A DNA stretch of 64,000 bases from Zancudomyces culisetae HAW-14-8. Taxonomy: Eukaryota; Fungi; Kickxellomycota. The stretch lies in NCBI GenBank assembly GCA_052426225.1, contig JBNJNM010000011.1:2728001-2792000 (forward strand), read 5' to 3'. Below the pieces are notes generated by a model. The model was given only the letters and a program-made list of their open reading frames with translations, was not told where the DNA came from and made no database searches. Positions 10,303 to 22,541 of this stretch are shown here, piece by piece. The position numbers and the translations under genes are program-made. Position 1 is the first letter of the stretch. Every line of letters starts with the position of its first letter.

Positions 10303-13300
10303 TTATCTACTTCCTAACTTCAAAAGCTTTCCAGTGCGAATGCTGGTATTCTGCGAGCTATCTAAAAAGATAGGATTGCTTGGTTTGCTATGTAGGAGTG
10401 GGGTTTTATCGGGTCTAGATGTTTTAATTTTATTTAGGTTGCGTCTGGGTGTGCTAGTATATTCAGGGTATTGGCTTTGATCTGTCGAGTCAAAGGTAGT
10501 TCTAATATTGGTAAAAGTATCATCCAACGTTTTTTGCTCGTTGTGGTTGTTGGAAAGATATTGGGTGCCGTGGTTGCTACCGCGGCTATGATGAGAGTGG
10601 GTATCTTCTTGTCTCTTATGAGATCTGCTTTTAGGTTCGGGGCTTTCTATAGTGAAATCAAGGTTTAATTCGTGGATACTAAAGCGTATGTCACTAATAA
10701 CATCTTTTTTAGGCAAGTTAATAGGACTTAGAGTAGTGGAGTCCAGGAACGACTTTGAATCTGGAGCTAATCCCTGGACTGATTTGATATTATGAAATTG
10801 CGAAGGCTGAGAATCCAATGGATTTGGTGAGTTTAGTGATTTTTCCAAGTGATGTGATATGTCTGAAGCAAAGCAAGTTTCAGCAATGTCATCATCAAGG
10901 AGGGTAGGGAACTTTTTGTTCAGGTTTAGGCAGGAATCAAATCCGTAGCTAAAGTCAAGGTTTAAGCCCAAATTGATACTATCTTTGCGAAGTGATTGTT
11001 CGGCTGCTTTTTTAAAGGTGGTGGATTGTAGATGCTTGTTATCTTGAGTATTGGGCCTATGTGCCTCAGCGCGGCTTGTAGTATTAGTACTAATGTATTC
11101 CTTGTTAAAATCCAACACTTCCAATCCAAAGACATCTACTTCATCTATGCTTGAACTGTTTATGTTTCCAGCCAGCTTTCCAGCAGTGGAAAACTCACTC
11201 ATATTTAGGCTTTGGTTATAAAATTCATTACGCGGGTAGGTTTTAGCACCGGAGACTCCGTCTAAAAGGTCCAAATCATCTATGCACGACTCTCTCATAA
11301 AATCGTAACTGTCTCTAGGAAGTTTCACTGAAATGTGGTTGTCAGTATTATGAAGATTCTCGCTTTCCGTAAAGGATCGAGATCGTCTGCCTGCGGTGTT
11401 GATGTTTAGTTTATGATGGAATTTCGGTGATAGTTTTTGGTCTTCTGTTCTAGAAAGAGAATCAGAAATACTTAAGCTTGTAGGTTTTACCATTTCTTCA
11501 ATATTCAATTGCTCAAAATACTCGGTATCTGATATTTCTAACTGATTAACTTTCATATTGTGTTTTGAAGAGGGAAAGGCATAACCAGAATTTGTGGAGG
11601 TTGTATCATGACGAGGGCTACGGAACAGTGGCATCCGGGGATCAGAGCCAAAGGAAGCATCAATAGAGTCGATATAATTTTCAGAAATTGCCACATACTT
11701 CTCATTGCTTTCATTTGTGTTGGGAGCTGTTTCTTTATATGTAGTCAGTTTTAAAAGCAGATTTCCAGTTTTTTTTGCAAAGTGATTTCCCATGTTGCCT
11801 TTTGGAAGCTTGGAGTTCATGTTAATGTTGTCGCAAATATACAAATTTGAATTTGTGTCAAATGGGCTACCAGAGTTTGAAAAGATATTATCGTTTGAAG
11901 AGAATGGTATATTTGCATCTGAAAAATAGTCATGCGTTTTATTTACACTCGAAACTTCACTAATAGATATCGAATCGTTTATACGCTGTGAATTCTTGAG
12001 CTCCCCAACACTATCCAAGTTCCTTTTTGTCATTTCTGCTGCAAATGATGGCTGAAGGTCTGAAACATTGTATGGCACATTGGAGATATCCGCATCATGT
12101 GACTTTATTGTACGAAGAGGTTTTTCAACACGTACACCAGCGTCATTCGGGCTATTACTTAAACTTTTTGCCACAGGTCTTTTTAGTCGAATCTTCGAGT
12201 GTAAATAGGGTTCGATTTTAGAAAGTTTTGTAGGATCAGTACCTCCATGAGCTGAGGGTAGTATTTCGGAAAAATTTACTTCATGCGGTTCGTTTTCACT
12301 AGAATTAAGCAGATTGGTTGATATCGAAGCGGTGTCCTGGTTTTTATTTCTAATTTCAATCTCTACACCTGTGTTGTCTTTGTTTGTACTTTCAAATTTG
12401 AGAGCTTTAGATGGTTTGTATTCATCTGGAAGTGGTCCGTCGACTATGAAACTTCTCTTTATTCCAGAAATACGAACATTTCTATTACCATTTTCCTGCT
12501 GTAACTTTTCTGAAAAATATTCCGGAGGTAAGGGATCGGGTATCGTTGGGGAGGGACTGCCACTCTTTCCAATATTGAAAAGGTATTTGTACTCCACAGC
12601 AAATAGCACAAATAGAAATACGGGAATCCTCAATATTGGCGAAATAATATTTGACATTTTCCGCAAAGTCATGTTGTTAACGGTGTTGTTTAGCACTATT
12701 CGTATCAAGTGCCCCAAAAGGGCTCTAAGAAGAGTAAAGTTGGAAATAGGTAAACTTTGGAGTAGCTTTCCACACTTTTCTACACGTTCTGTTCTGGAAG
12801 TAAGAGTTTGTAGATCAGTGAAGTCTTGCAAAAGTGGTATTGTTAGGATATTCTCGGGAAGAGATCGTAGATACTGTTTAAGTACGTTAGCAACACTGTG
12901 GTTTTTGTATACTGAAGGCGAGTGTAGCAGATTGTAGTCTTTAAGGATATTGAACTGATCCGTCAACTCTTTGACCTCATTGGGATCCCCCTCTGCTAAA
13001 TAAATATCTTTTTCAAAAACAACTCTATTTTCATCAAGGTATTCAATACATCTATATACAATGGCTGGAATATTATAATCGCTCCTTATTTTTGTTTTTT
13101 CTGCAGCAATGCCAAACTCTACTCCAAAAACGCCAGCCACTAACTTGTTCGAGTTTTCAGTTGATCCAGAACTTGAGCGCCGCATACCTGGTTTCGACAA
13201 ACATGTCTTCAATGAGTTTGAACTGTTGTACTTGAAAAGCAATTGACCACTGCTTTTTAGTTTGGCACCAAACTTTAGCATCCTACTTCCCAACCCAAAA

Positions 13301-16300
13301 ACTCTGCTATGTTTGTTAAGCAGTTCTTTTGAAGGCTTCCCACCAGGACCGTTATTAGAGGAATTACCACTGATTAAAAAGGAAGTATCATACTTTTCTG
13401 TGCGTTTGTTTGTCCCTGTATCATTCTGGTGCATGTTCTGCTGCATAGGTGTCTTTAGTACATCGTATGATATTTTGGTTGTGTCTTTGAACAAGAACAT
13501 TTCATATGCACTAATTCTCGTTAAATCCATTTTTTTAAAGAGGCGAACGGTATCGGCAACATCCTCCTTGTTATCTTTGTAGCTGTTATCTACCAGCTTT
13601 TCTTTACTGCTGATGTTTGTTGTGGGCTCTGAAAATTGATTATTCTTATCCTGATCTATTTGGCTGGGATTTTTTGGTTTTTGAAATTCAGCCGGACTCA
13701 CCATGGAAGCGTCTGTTCCTGGTATTGGTGTGCATACAATTTTTTCAGCACTAATACTAGTACCCAAATTTTTTGTTTCGCTCGTTTCCGCAGGAGAACG
13801 TGAGGAGTTTTTAGGTTCGCTAAGGTTAGATTCATTTGGATAGCTAGTGTTTCCTGCATGTTCAGTTTCTGAACTCTTGGATAACACCGAGGCCTTGGCA
13901 TACGTCGAGTTTGTATCCATATCTCTGGTCTCACTAGATAAATTATAGTTTCCATCATCCATATGAAGTTGCATTTCGGATCGCTTGGTTGCAGTGCTTT
14001 CCACATTTTCTACTGAGCTTATCTTCGAATGACTACTTTTACCACTAAATTCAGCGGCTGATTTGCTGAAATGCTTGGTAAGCCCATTACATACGCCGCG
14101 GTATAATTCATTTGTACTTGTAGCTTTGCTTAATGTTTGTGTTTTTACAGAGCCTGATTGAGTGTCCTTTAAGCCGCTTTGAAACGAGTTCTTTTTGTCT
14201 GAACCAAAAAAAGAGCTATCATTTGAGGCTTGCTCACTGTATTTTGTTGGTAGCAACTGTGTTTGTGTTGCTTTTATGTTGTTATGTGGAAGCTTTTTAA
14301 GATATAAATCGGCTAAAAGTGGCATGTATTTTTTTTCAGCACCATCCCCTTCAACTTGGCTAATATACCTATCAACTGTAGATTCAGCCTGTTGCTGCCC
14401 AAACCTTATAACATTGACTATGTATTCCAGACATACCACCCATTCACTATGCTCTTGGTCTGAATCGGCCCAAAACACATGGAAGCTGGATTTGCCGCTT
14501 ACCAGCTTCTCTTCTACACAAAACGCATTTTTGCAGAAGTTCTTCCTGTCAAAGTACGAGCTATTCGACTTTTTTTTGCCAAAGTTTGACGAGTCACTAT
14601 AAATAACTGCGTTACTCAAAAGTATTTTCCCCAGCATTTTCCCACCCGACTTATCGTAGTACTCCATTGCAAACTGCGAAATATTACACATATAATATCT
14701 TTTTACCCATCTTCCAAAGTTTTTACCCTTTTTCACTAGATATCCTTCTTTTCGTCCAAGCAAAATATGCTTGGGCTCGTTAATGTTGGCAACCAAATCG
14801 CTCGACAAAAAGGCCAAGACCTCGTAGCGTGTTTCTGTGTTTGTTGTTAGATATTCTTTAATTATTTCTTCTAATTTGTTTTTTAACTGCATACTCTTTT
14901 TCGGATCGTTGGTGACAAATTCATATATCCGAGGAAGCTCAATTGGAAGTATATAGCTGTTGCCGCTAGCACTGTTTCCGCCACCCAGTTTATTTTTTAC
15001 ATGCAACATCAAAAACTGAAAATCCTCATACGATTTTTCAATGTGCCACAATTTATCCACTTGGCTTTGGCTTTCTTGCCTTTCTTTTTGTTTAGATGTT
15101 GTCTCTTTGTTTTCTTTTGTGACCGTAATAAGGTAATTTGCTGACATTTTGCCATCTTTGGTTGTCTTCACTCGCTTTCTGGATATGTTTATCGATACAT
15201 CAAAATAAAATAAACTCAAAAGCAGCATGCGATCTTCAACTCTTAACTTATAGAACCTTGTGTTTCTGAACGTCGATTTCTCTTTGCCTGCTTTGACATC
15301 CATCCTACTACCAGGTATCGTCATACCTGTATTGCTATAAGTCGCTACCCTAGCCGATTTATCTGCAACACCTAGTTCGCTTTCTTGTATGTTGCTTGGC
15401 TGTTTGGAGTATTGAGAAGTGGAGCTCTGATCGTTCTTGTATACTTTTTTGCCGGGAACAAGGTTAATACTAAGATTACTACTGTTTTTAGTATACAACA
15501 TATTAATCATGTCGCCCTTTTTTATAGGTCTTGTTGGCGCATTGGATCCTGTAAATTGGATCAACGAATTCACACCTTTAGCCAAAGAAGTCACACTACC
15601 CTTATGAGATACTAGTTCCCCCAAAATACTTTTATTCGCATTTAACATGGAATCATTTAGACCGCTTTTCAATGCTACCTTCCTTGTATTGTCATCCTGC
15701 TTTCTTGCTATATTTCTTAATGAATCTTTTTCAACCATTTCAAGGTTATTCTCGGTTTGCTGCTCGGAGAGCAAACTCGCCTCGTATTCTGAAGCATTTT
15801 TTTCATTTTCTGGTAAAGCTGAATTATTGTTACTAATACTACTACCATTTTTTTCTGGTCCACTAACCCATTGGTCTATCTTTAAACTATAAGTTGAATC
15901 GATGTCGCGAGTAAATGATTCGTTATCACGGATTATTGCACGCTCAGATCCACTCCCAAGACTTTCGATTTGACTATTGAAGAGCTCTACTTCATAACTC
16001 GATAACGATCCGCTTTGGTCTTTTGAACTATCGTGATTGTGGCTGTTATACCATTTTAAGCTTTGGCCATGCTGTCCTGTTACTGAGTCTGTCTGCTCCT
16101 CTTTTGGATCATCAGTTTCTTCCAAACAAACCATTTGAATAATCGAATCCGGGGTTTCACCTGCGTTTAGTAGCTGCGATTTTTTGTTAAAAAATAACCC
16201 ACCATTTTTGTATACTCCACATACATCTTCACTGCCCACGTCTGCATCACACTCGGGGTCTTCATCATAATCCATTCCATAAGCATATGTATTACTTTTA

Positions 16301-16488
16301 TACAGTTCATTTTGCCATTGGTTGTCCTTATTGGACTGCTCGTCTTGCAATACGTCTTCCTTGTAAGCTGTAGGCTTAATTTTGGAGTCTAAAAGATCTC
16401 GGTTTTTTATATCATTGGGTTTACTCAATTTGCCATTATCCTCAATTAGTTTTGCCTCCTCCTTTAGTATATCTATTATATCTTTCAT
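10303..16488 (-). CDS. Bem3-like PX-PH-RhoGAP protein (arginine finger substituted)
   Basis: 2061-aa ORF. PX-like segment (WHIEKSYEDF...FLSSD), PH domain (KEGYLVKKGKNFGRWVKRYY...ADSDQEHSEW), RhoGAP (VFGV...IPAIVYRCIEYL...LKQYLRSLPENIL...NNMT). Confidence 0.88.
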   Translation of the reverse strand: MKDIIDILKEEAKLIEDNGKLSKPNDIKNRDLLDSKIKPTAYKEDVLQDEQSNKDNQWQNELYKSNTYAYGMDYDEDPECDADVGSEDVCGVYKNGGLFFNKKSQLLNAGETPDSIIQMVCLEETDDPKEEQTDSVTGQHGQSLKWYNSHNHDSSKDQSGSLSSYEVELFNSQIESLGSGSERAIIRDNESFTRDIDSTYSLKIDQWVSGPEKNGSSISNNNSALPENEKNASEYEASLLSEQQTENNLEMVEKDSLRNIARKQDDNTRKVALKSGLNDSMLNANKSILGELVSHKGSVTSLAKGVNSLIQFTGSNAPTRPIKKGDMINMLYTKNSSNLSINLVPGKKVYKNDQSSTSQYSKQPSNIQESELGVADKSARVATYSNTGMTIPGSRMDVKAGKEKSTFRNTRFYKLRVEDRMLLLSLFYFDVSINISRKRVKTTKDGKMSANYLITVTKENKETTSKQKERQESQSQVDKLWHIEKSYEDFQFLMLHVKNKLGGGNSASGNSYILPIELPRIYEFVTNDPKKSMQLKNKLEEIIKEYLTTNTETRYEVLAFLSSDLVANINEPKHILLGRKEGYLVKKGKNFGRWVKRYYMCNISQFAMEYYDKSGGKMLGKILLSNAVIYSDSSNFGKKKSNSSYFDRKNFCKNAFCVEEKLVSGKSSFHVFWADSDQEHSEWVVCLEYIVNVIRFGQQQAESTVDRYISQVEGDGAEKKYMPLLADLYLKKLPHNNIKATQTQLLPTKYSEQASNDSSFFGSDKKNSFQSGLKDTQSGSVKTQTLSKATSTNELYRGVCNGLTKHFSKSAAEFSGKSSHSKISSVENVESTATKRSEMQLHMDDGNYNLSSETRDMDTNSTYAKASVLSKSSETEHAGNTSYPNESNLSEPKNSSRSPAETSETKNLGTSISAEKIVCTPIPGTDASMVSPAEFQKPKNPSQIDQDKNNQFSEPTTNISSKEKLVDNSYKDNKEDVADTVRLFKKMDLTRISAYEMFLFKDTTKISYDVLKTPMQQNMHQNDTGTNKRTEKYDTSFLISGNSSNNGPGGKPSKELLNKHSRVFGLGSRMLKFGAKLKSSGQLLFKYNSSNSLKTCLSKPGMRRSSSGSTENSNKLVAGVFGVEFGIAAEKTKIRSDYNIPAIVYRCIEYLDENRVVFEKDIYLAEGDPNEVKELTDQFNILKDYNLLHSPSVYKNHSVANVLKQYLRSLPENILTIPLLQDFTDLQTLTSRTERVEKCGKLLQSLPISNFTLLRALLGHLIRIVLNNTVNNMTLRKMSNIISPILRIPVFLFVLFAVEYKYLFNIGKSGSPSPTIPDPLPPEYFSEKLQQENGNRNVRISGIKRSFIVDGPLPDEYKPSKALKFESTNKDNTGVEIEIRNKNQDTASISTNLLNSSENEPHEVNFSEILPSAHGGTDPTKLSKIEPYLHSKIRLKRPVAKSLSNSPNDAGVRVEKPLRTIKSHDADISNVPYNVSDLQPSFAAEMTKRNLDSVGELKNSQRINDSISISEVSSVNKTHDYFSDANIPFSSNDNIFSNSGSPFDTNSNLYICDNINMNSKLPKGNMGNHFAKKTGNLLLKLTTYKETAPNTNESNEKYVAISENYIDSIDASFGSDPRMPLFRSPRHDTTSTNSGYAFPSSKHNMKVNQLEISDTEYFEQLNIEEMVKPTSLSISDSLSRTEDQKLSPKFHHKLNINTAGRRSRSFTESENLHNTDNHISVKLPRDSYDFMRESCIDDLDLLDGVSGAKTYPRNEFYNQSLNMSEFSTAGKLAGNINSSSIDEVDVFGLEVLDFNKEYISTNTTSRAEAHRPNTQDNKHLQSTTFKKAAEQSLRKDSINLGLNLDFSYGFDSCLNLNKKFPTLLDDDIAETCFASDISHHLEKSLNSPNPLDSQPSQFHNIKSVQGLAPDSKSFLDSTTLSPINLPKKDVISDIRFSIHELNLDFTIESPEPKSRSHKRQEDTHSHHSRGSNHGTQYLSNNHNEQKTLDDTFTNIRTTFDSTDQSQYPEYTSTPRRNLNKIKTSRPDKTPLLHSKPSNPIFLDSSQNTSIRTGKLLKLGSR

Positions 16489-18963
16489 CCTTTCTATATA
16501 TTTTTTTGACTCTACACTAAAGATAAATGTTCACGTATTTTCATCATAACCCCCTATAGTCTTTTCCACAAGATAGATGTATTTCAAGCCCAATAACCGT
16601 ATAATGCTTGTTTACTTGGAAAATAGGCGTTTTTACAATGGATAGGTATATTGATTTCGTGCACGCTTCTATAGACGTGCTTTCTTTTTTGCTTTTTGCT
16701 TTTGCTGCTGTTCTTGTTTTTTTTATTGAGCTAACTCTTAGCTCAGATTAGGTATATGTTTTTAGGCCGTGATTTTTCGCTACTGAGCCTTACCACTAAC
16801 AGAAATCGCATGTATCTAAGATCTTTTATCTTTTTAGTCAAAAGCAAAAATTAAGCTATATTATAATATACTATTGTATATAACAGAGGTGTTTTTATTT
16901 TTAAGCTCAGGTTATGACTTTATTAGCACCAACTTCCACAACATCGCAAAAGTACAATGCTGCTATTTTTATTTACCATTGCATCAATGAGGCTAATTTT
17001 ATTATTTTAACTTCTTTAAAATATTGGTGTTGTTTGTTTTGTTGATAAAAACCATTTTGCACCTTTGCACCTTTGCTTGCTTGTTTACTTTTAATTAATT
17101 AATTACAACTTATTTGTTAATGTCTGTTGGTAAACTGGATTACTTCATATACACTTTTGTTTTTTGCTTTGTATACCCAGTTGGATAGATGGTAGCTATT
17201 TAATTTCCATTTGAATCGGATATTGACCACGCATCCGCATTCACTATATGCAAACAACTAAATCCACTTGGTTGCCCATTTAGTGCACACTTTGAATGGT
17301 GCATTCATTGGGTGATTTCATATTTTAGTGCTTGTAGGGCTGACTAACTTGTACTTTTAACCCACTCACTCCAATATATTTACCTATGTGTGTATTATAT
17401 CTTCAATATTGAGCATATAACTTGTTAATGATTTGTCAACTTATTTTGTTTTGTTTCTAAACTCACAAAATCGAGGGCTCTTTATAGCTACAAAACCTGA
17501 AGTTAATTGTCTACAGCTTGGGTTTTTTAAAAAATAAATATTTCATTATTCTCAAATGCAGTTTATCCCCTTTTTACAAACAATCAGATTTGTATTTTAT
17601 CTATACAATGATAGAATATTTGAAGAAATTGTATTGTAGCCCCAGTCCCCAATTGTTATAGCTTTTTGATGTTAATTATACTCACTGAAAAACCCACAGA
17701 TTTTTTGTAGCAGTGATTTGACTCCAAAAGCAAGATATACCGTTTATTTTGAATCGCCACCCGAATCTAGACCAAAAATCACCCAAAGCCCAAAAAATTG
17801 AGAGATTACTGGTGCTGTAGCCTTTACTTTTGAGACCTTTTCCAAACATCTCATCCCACATAAAAGGGGATAGGTTTTATTAGGTATGGTGCTAGGTCAT
17901 ATACACGGTTTTTCTATACCCCGCATAAAAATACCCAAAATGTTTTCATTTTATTCGCAATTACTTGGTTGATTTATATCTCACAAGTATGATCCACTTG
18001 TTTCGCTCAAGGTAGCAGAATGTAGACGGAGCTAAGTTAATTGCCTATCACTACCGAGATTCTTGAGCATAACATTTGATCAATTAAGAAAATAGTTGAA
18101 ATCAAGTCAGACGCCCTCCTAGCCGCTGCTCTCCTTGTATTGGGATCTGGCCATGATACACAAGCGTGAATCACCTCTAGAAAAATATATCACCATCACT
18201 GCCTTCTAAAAGGTATACCAGCCTAATACAGCTCGACTTTAGCTTTAAAGCGAAATACTTTTGCAACTCAACACATGCATCATGTATCTTTAAAAATATC
18301 TTTAAAAATATCTTTTTTGATGTTAAACACAACATTCAAAACGGGTGCCCTGACTCAGCTAACTATGGAAAAATCTCCGCCCCAGGTTTTCTGTTATCTT
18401 TTTTATGTGATAGTGGTAGATAATCGGAGCATCTTTACAAAATAGTACAGAAATACAAAATACTACTTTTACTAGTGTCCAAAAATGCAATTGTGCTCTA
18501 ACCCAAGCAAAACATCCTATTAATTCCAGGTCATTGCAGGTATCCCAATATAGAGCCCACGCAATCACCAAATCATCTAACAGTACATACCCCCCCCCCC
18601 CCCCGCCTCTCCCCCGTTTCACTTGAAAAAAGGCCTGTTTAAAAGTACAGATGTCAGGTAGTACAAGAATGATCTCTACTGTGACATATCACAAATGCCA
18701 CTTTTGTTTCGAGGGAGCATTTTTTTTCCTGAGGCTTATATGCTTAAGATCAGTAGTGTTAAAATATTGATCTTAAATGGCTAATTAATAAAGGTAATCA
18801 CTACTACAGGTCTATGGGGAAGGGTGAGGACCGAATATATCAAAATCGAAGTATGCGGATGTTAAAGCATGTCAATCCCAATATAGATCAATAGTAACCG
18901 TAGTAGCGACTACTGTGAAAAATACAATATAAACAAAAACCTCTAAATGCTACCACTACCTGT

Positions 18964-19734
18964 TCAGCATATTTTCTTGGTTTTAAACTGAAATGAAATA
19001 ATGTTTGACTCTGAAAATTTTACTCTACACACAGGGCAAGCCTTGTTCAACAAAGAAATTGTCATAATACATTCTTCACAAAAGACATGGCCACATTTAC
19101 TTAAAGCCACCGCATTTTTAGGTCGCTCCAGACATATGGAACATCGTAGTGTAGCATACTTGGGTTCTTCTTTATTCATTTTTGAGAGAGAATTCGAAGA
19201 TTCAGCATCAGTGTCAAGATCCACATGAGATTTTTCCAAGACTGGACTATCCAGCTGTATGGGCGAGCTATTATCTAAAATTATTGTATCATCCTTATTG
19301 CTCTCGATTAAGATGCATTGTTCGTCATTGGTCTCTATGTCTAAATACTGGCTAGAGGAGGATTCATCACCAGGTTTGAGTCTTTTACTAGTTTTGCAAG
19401 CATAATGATCATTTTTTTCATACTGGTTTGGATAAGTGCTATTGAGCTCAGTTATTTCAGTAGATTCCATAGGCTGTACGTTATTTAGGTCCAGTCCAGC
19501 CTGCTCACTTTTGCGCTTAGAAGCAGCTTGGCTCTTACCGTTCATTATTTTTACATTATCTGATTCAGGTTGTGAATTCAAGATGTATCCTGTACTTTTT
19601 CGGGGTTTACTAGAACTTTGGTAGAGATTACATTCTAAATTTTCAGATCCTTCCTCGCTTGATGAATTATCTATTACGTTTTTTTCGTTGATTTTGCCCC
19701 TATAACCGTCTCTAGGAGCAAATACTTTCTTCAT
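18964..19734 (-). CDS. C3HC4 RING finger protein with tandem SUMO-interacting motifs (RNF4/Slx8-like STUbL)
   Basis: C-terminal CSICLERP...KCGHVFCEECI...CPVCR. Upstream hydrophobic-acidic motifs YLDIE, CILIE, TIILD, PIQLD, HVDLD. Confidence 0.8.
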   Translation of the reverse strand: MKKVFAPRDGYRGKINEKNVIDNSSSEEGSENLECNLYQSSSKPRKSTGYILNSQPESDNVKIMNGKSQAASKRKSEQAGLDLNNVQPMESTEITELNSTYPNQYEKNDHYACKTSKRLKPGDESSSSQYLDIETNDEQCILIESNKDDTIILDNSSPIQLDSPVLEKSHVDLDTDAESSNSLSKMNKEEPKYATLRCSICLERPKNAVALSKCGHVFCEECIMTISLLNKACPVCRVKFSESNIISFQFKTKKIC

Positions 19735-20142
19735 TTCATCCGTTTGCGGGTCGACTTAAAAAATTAGCCTTTCCTAAATCTAGAAACAGTGAATGGGGGG
19801 TAAGATTCGTTTCGATTTATTTGATTTTGGTTTTTGTCCTTTGATGTGTTTATAAGAATCGAAGCGTTCAAGCATTTTTGATTATTTGGGACTCGTTGTT
19901 GGGGAATCGAGTAATTTTTGTGAGAACGTTGGTAATGGAATCCAGTGGAAAACGAAGACAGCGCACTCAGTTTTTATTGGTGGTAGATGGCAAGAAGTTT
20001 CTACTCACATTTTGCAAAAAAAAAAAGACATTTCCAAGCCCGAGTCACACAATTCACAACAGGTCACGCTTTATTGGTTGTAACAAACCTTAATGTTCAT
20101 ACCAAAAAAAAAATAGTAATTTTACAGAAAAATGGAAAAAAA

Positions 20143-21562
20143 CTACAGTTTTAACCACCTTTCTACAACAAGTTTGCACATGGGTGTTGGGTTTAGTAAA
20201 GCGTTATCCATATCTGATTTTTCATAGATCTCATCAGAAAACTTATTTACTTGCTTGTAACTGGAGTAACAGTGATGAAGGCGTTCAGCAGCAAGCAAAC
20301 TCAAGTTACTTAGCGTCTCTGTGCTTATCTCGCCTGATCTGGATACAGATTCGGATTTTCTGGACTTCGATTGGGTTTTTGAGTCGGCTAGTAATTTTTT
20401 TGCACATAATTTCATGCCATAAAGTCCTCTGATGTTATCTTTGCACAACTCGACTGCCCGCAAAAAGTACTTCAAGGCGAGTTCGGTATTCCCAAGGGAA
20501 TATTGGATCTAACAGTAATAGACATTTCTCAGTTTAAAATAAAGTGTAATTAGTAGCAGGTTAATAGTAGTACCTCTGCGTATTTCAGGTGATAGAAATG
20601 GTTATCTGGCTTCTGGATTATGAGCTCTTCGACACAGAATGCAGCTTGTGTGTACCTATACAAAGAGTAGTGGTGACTCCTTTTGTTAGCTTAACGAATA
20701 AATGTTTAAATTTTATGTTATGTGGGCATATATTTTCAGTAAGCAATAAGCCTATAGATACGTACATGTGTTCATTTAGGTAGAGTAAGCATAGTTGAAT
20801 CCAAGCCTCTGTATCAGTACTGTATATATCAACGAAACTCACAAGGGCCTTTATTGCCTCCATAATTTTGTTCTGTGACATCAATATTGCTATTTTTCGT
20901 TTCAGAATTGCCTAAAATCAAAAAAACAAAGCTCAGTTATTATGAGACATCGATTCGTACATATTCCTAATATAAAAGAGCGAAACGTATAGATGAGGTA
21001 ACTTACAGTGTTTGTAGGTTCATCATCGAGGAGCTGATTGTATTTTTCTTTTGCTTCATCAACTTTGCCCGTAGATTCTAGAAGCAATCCTTTCAGTCTT
21101 TCAATTCTGAGAGAACCTGCAAACTTCTTCTCGAGTTCTTTAATGGAATTCTGTCGTTTGATAATGACAAAAAAAAGTTATAAATAATCTTAGGCGCACA
21201 GTTAGAAATAACAATAGATTATATGTACATGTCAAATAGCTATATCTGCTTAAAAATTTAGTGCCATGTACCTTTGCAATCTCGTAATTCCCCAAATCAA
21301 TTGCAGCCACAGTTATTTGTTCGATCACCTGCCATGCTATTAGATGTATTAAAAATAAAAGATATCGTTTGTAAAGCTCTAATGATTATAGAATCTTTTA
21401 CTGGATTTAAAAATCAACCGTACCTCGGTCTCCGACCTTCCAGATGTTCCCAGATTGCAATAGTGGGATTCCTAGATCCAAAACTCGATGCGGAAGTCTC
21501 TCCCCTGACTTTCCAAGAGCCTCTAAGCGTTCAATTGTTTGCGTAGTCGATAGATAAGACAT
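20143..21562 (-). CDS. EMC2: ER membrane protein complex subunit 2 (TPR protein), about 6 exons
   Basis: Spliced model: exon 1 21562-21424 (MSYLSTTQ...), exon 2 21336-21272 (AWQVIEQITVAAIDLG). Later exons give GLLLESTGKVDEAKEKY, DTEAWIQLCLLYL, KYFLRAVELCKDNIRGLYGMKLC. GT-AG introns. Confidence 0.9.
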
Positions 21563-22541
21563 CCTTTAATCGAGATTCTAGCCGAGCTTTGATTTGATTT
21601 TAAAAAATTATTATGTGTTATTTCATTTAGAGGAAATGTTGATTTTCCAGCAGATTTTGGTGCTTAGAAGTGTTTTATTTTCGTTACATAAAGTCTGTTG
21701 TATTTCAAACATAATAGCTACAAATTTCTTTTTGGCCAGTTTATTGGCAAATAAGTGGTATCCAAAATGTTTCCTTTCTACATATTCGCCTGAATAGTTG
21801 TGAAAAAGCTATCCAATCCAACCAAACTATTAAATAGGGATACAAATTGTCCGACCTCATGCTTTTTTTTCGAAACTCAGGCAGCTACACTTCATTGGAC
21901 GTTGCCTTTCTACCAGCTCAAAGATGGCTGAAAAATACATGGACAAAAAAAAGTGAATGATCAGATTAGTTGGCAAGCCATCGTGTTATATCTAATAAAC
22001 ACAACAATGGTTTTGCAAGCTTAAAACGAGTCAATAATTTTTGATTTGGCTTCTCGGACACCCTAGCCAGCTATAGACTATATCAGCTCTGCCCTATTAT
22101 GCCACAGCTTAATTCGATTTTAGGGCTTTTTTCTTACAAAGAGGTTGCCGACCTTTTTAGGCTCCTGAATGAAGATGTAAAAAAATGTAAGCCAAGAACA
22201 TGCAATCTTAAGACTTGTAATATGTTGAGTCAGCGAAAGAACAGTTAAATTTGGTTTTATTAAAAGCGAAGCTGAATTTCGCTATCTTTGATGGTATATT
22301 GGGCCATATTGCATTCAATACAGGCATATTCATGTCAAACATTTCACTGTTATTTTTTTATTTTCAATTTTATCTAAGAGGGTCTTAGAACAAGCAATTT
22401 AACACAAAAGAGATAATATTAAAACTAGATGAGGGAATTAAGGATATACACGTTTACTGTCTTTATTCTGATCTGCTAAGTAAATTTTACAAGGGATACA
22501 AGAGATTTGAATCTCAATCGGCACTAAAAAACACACGAAAC

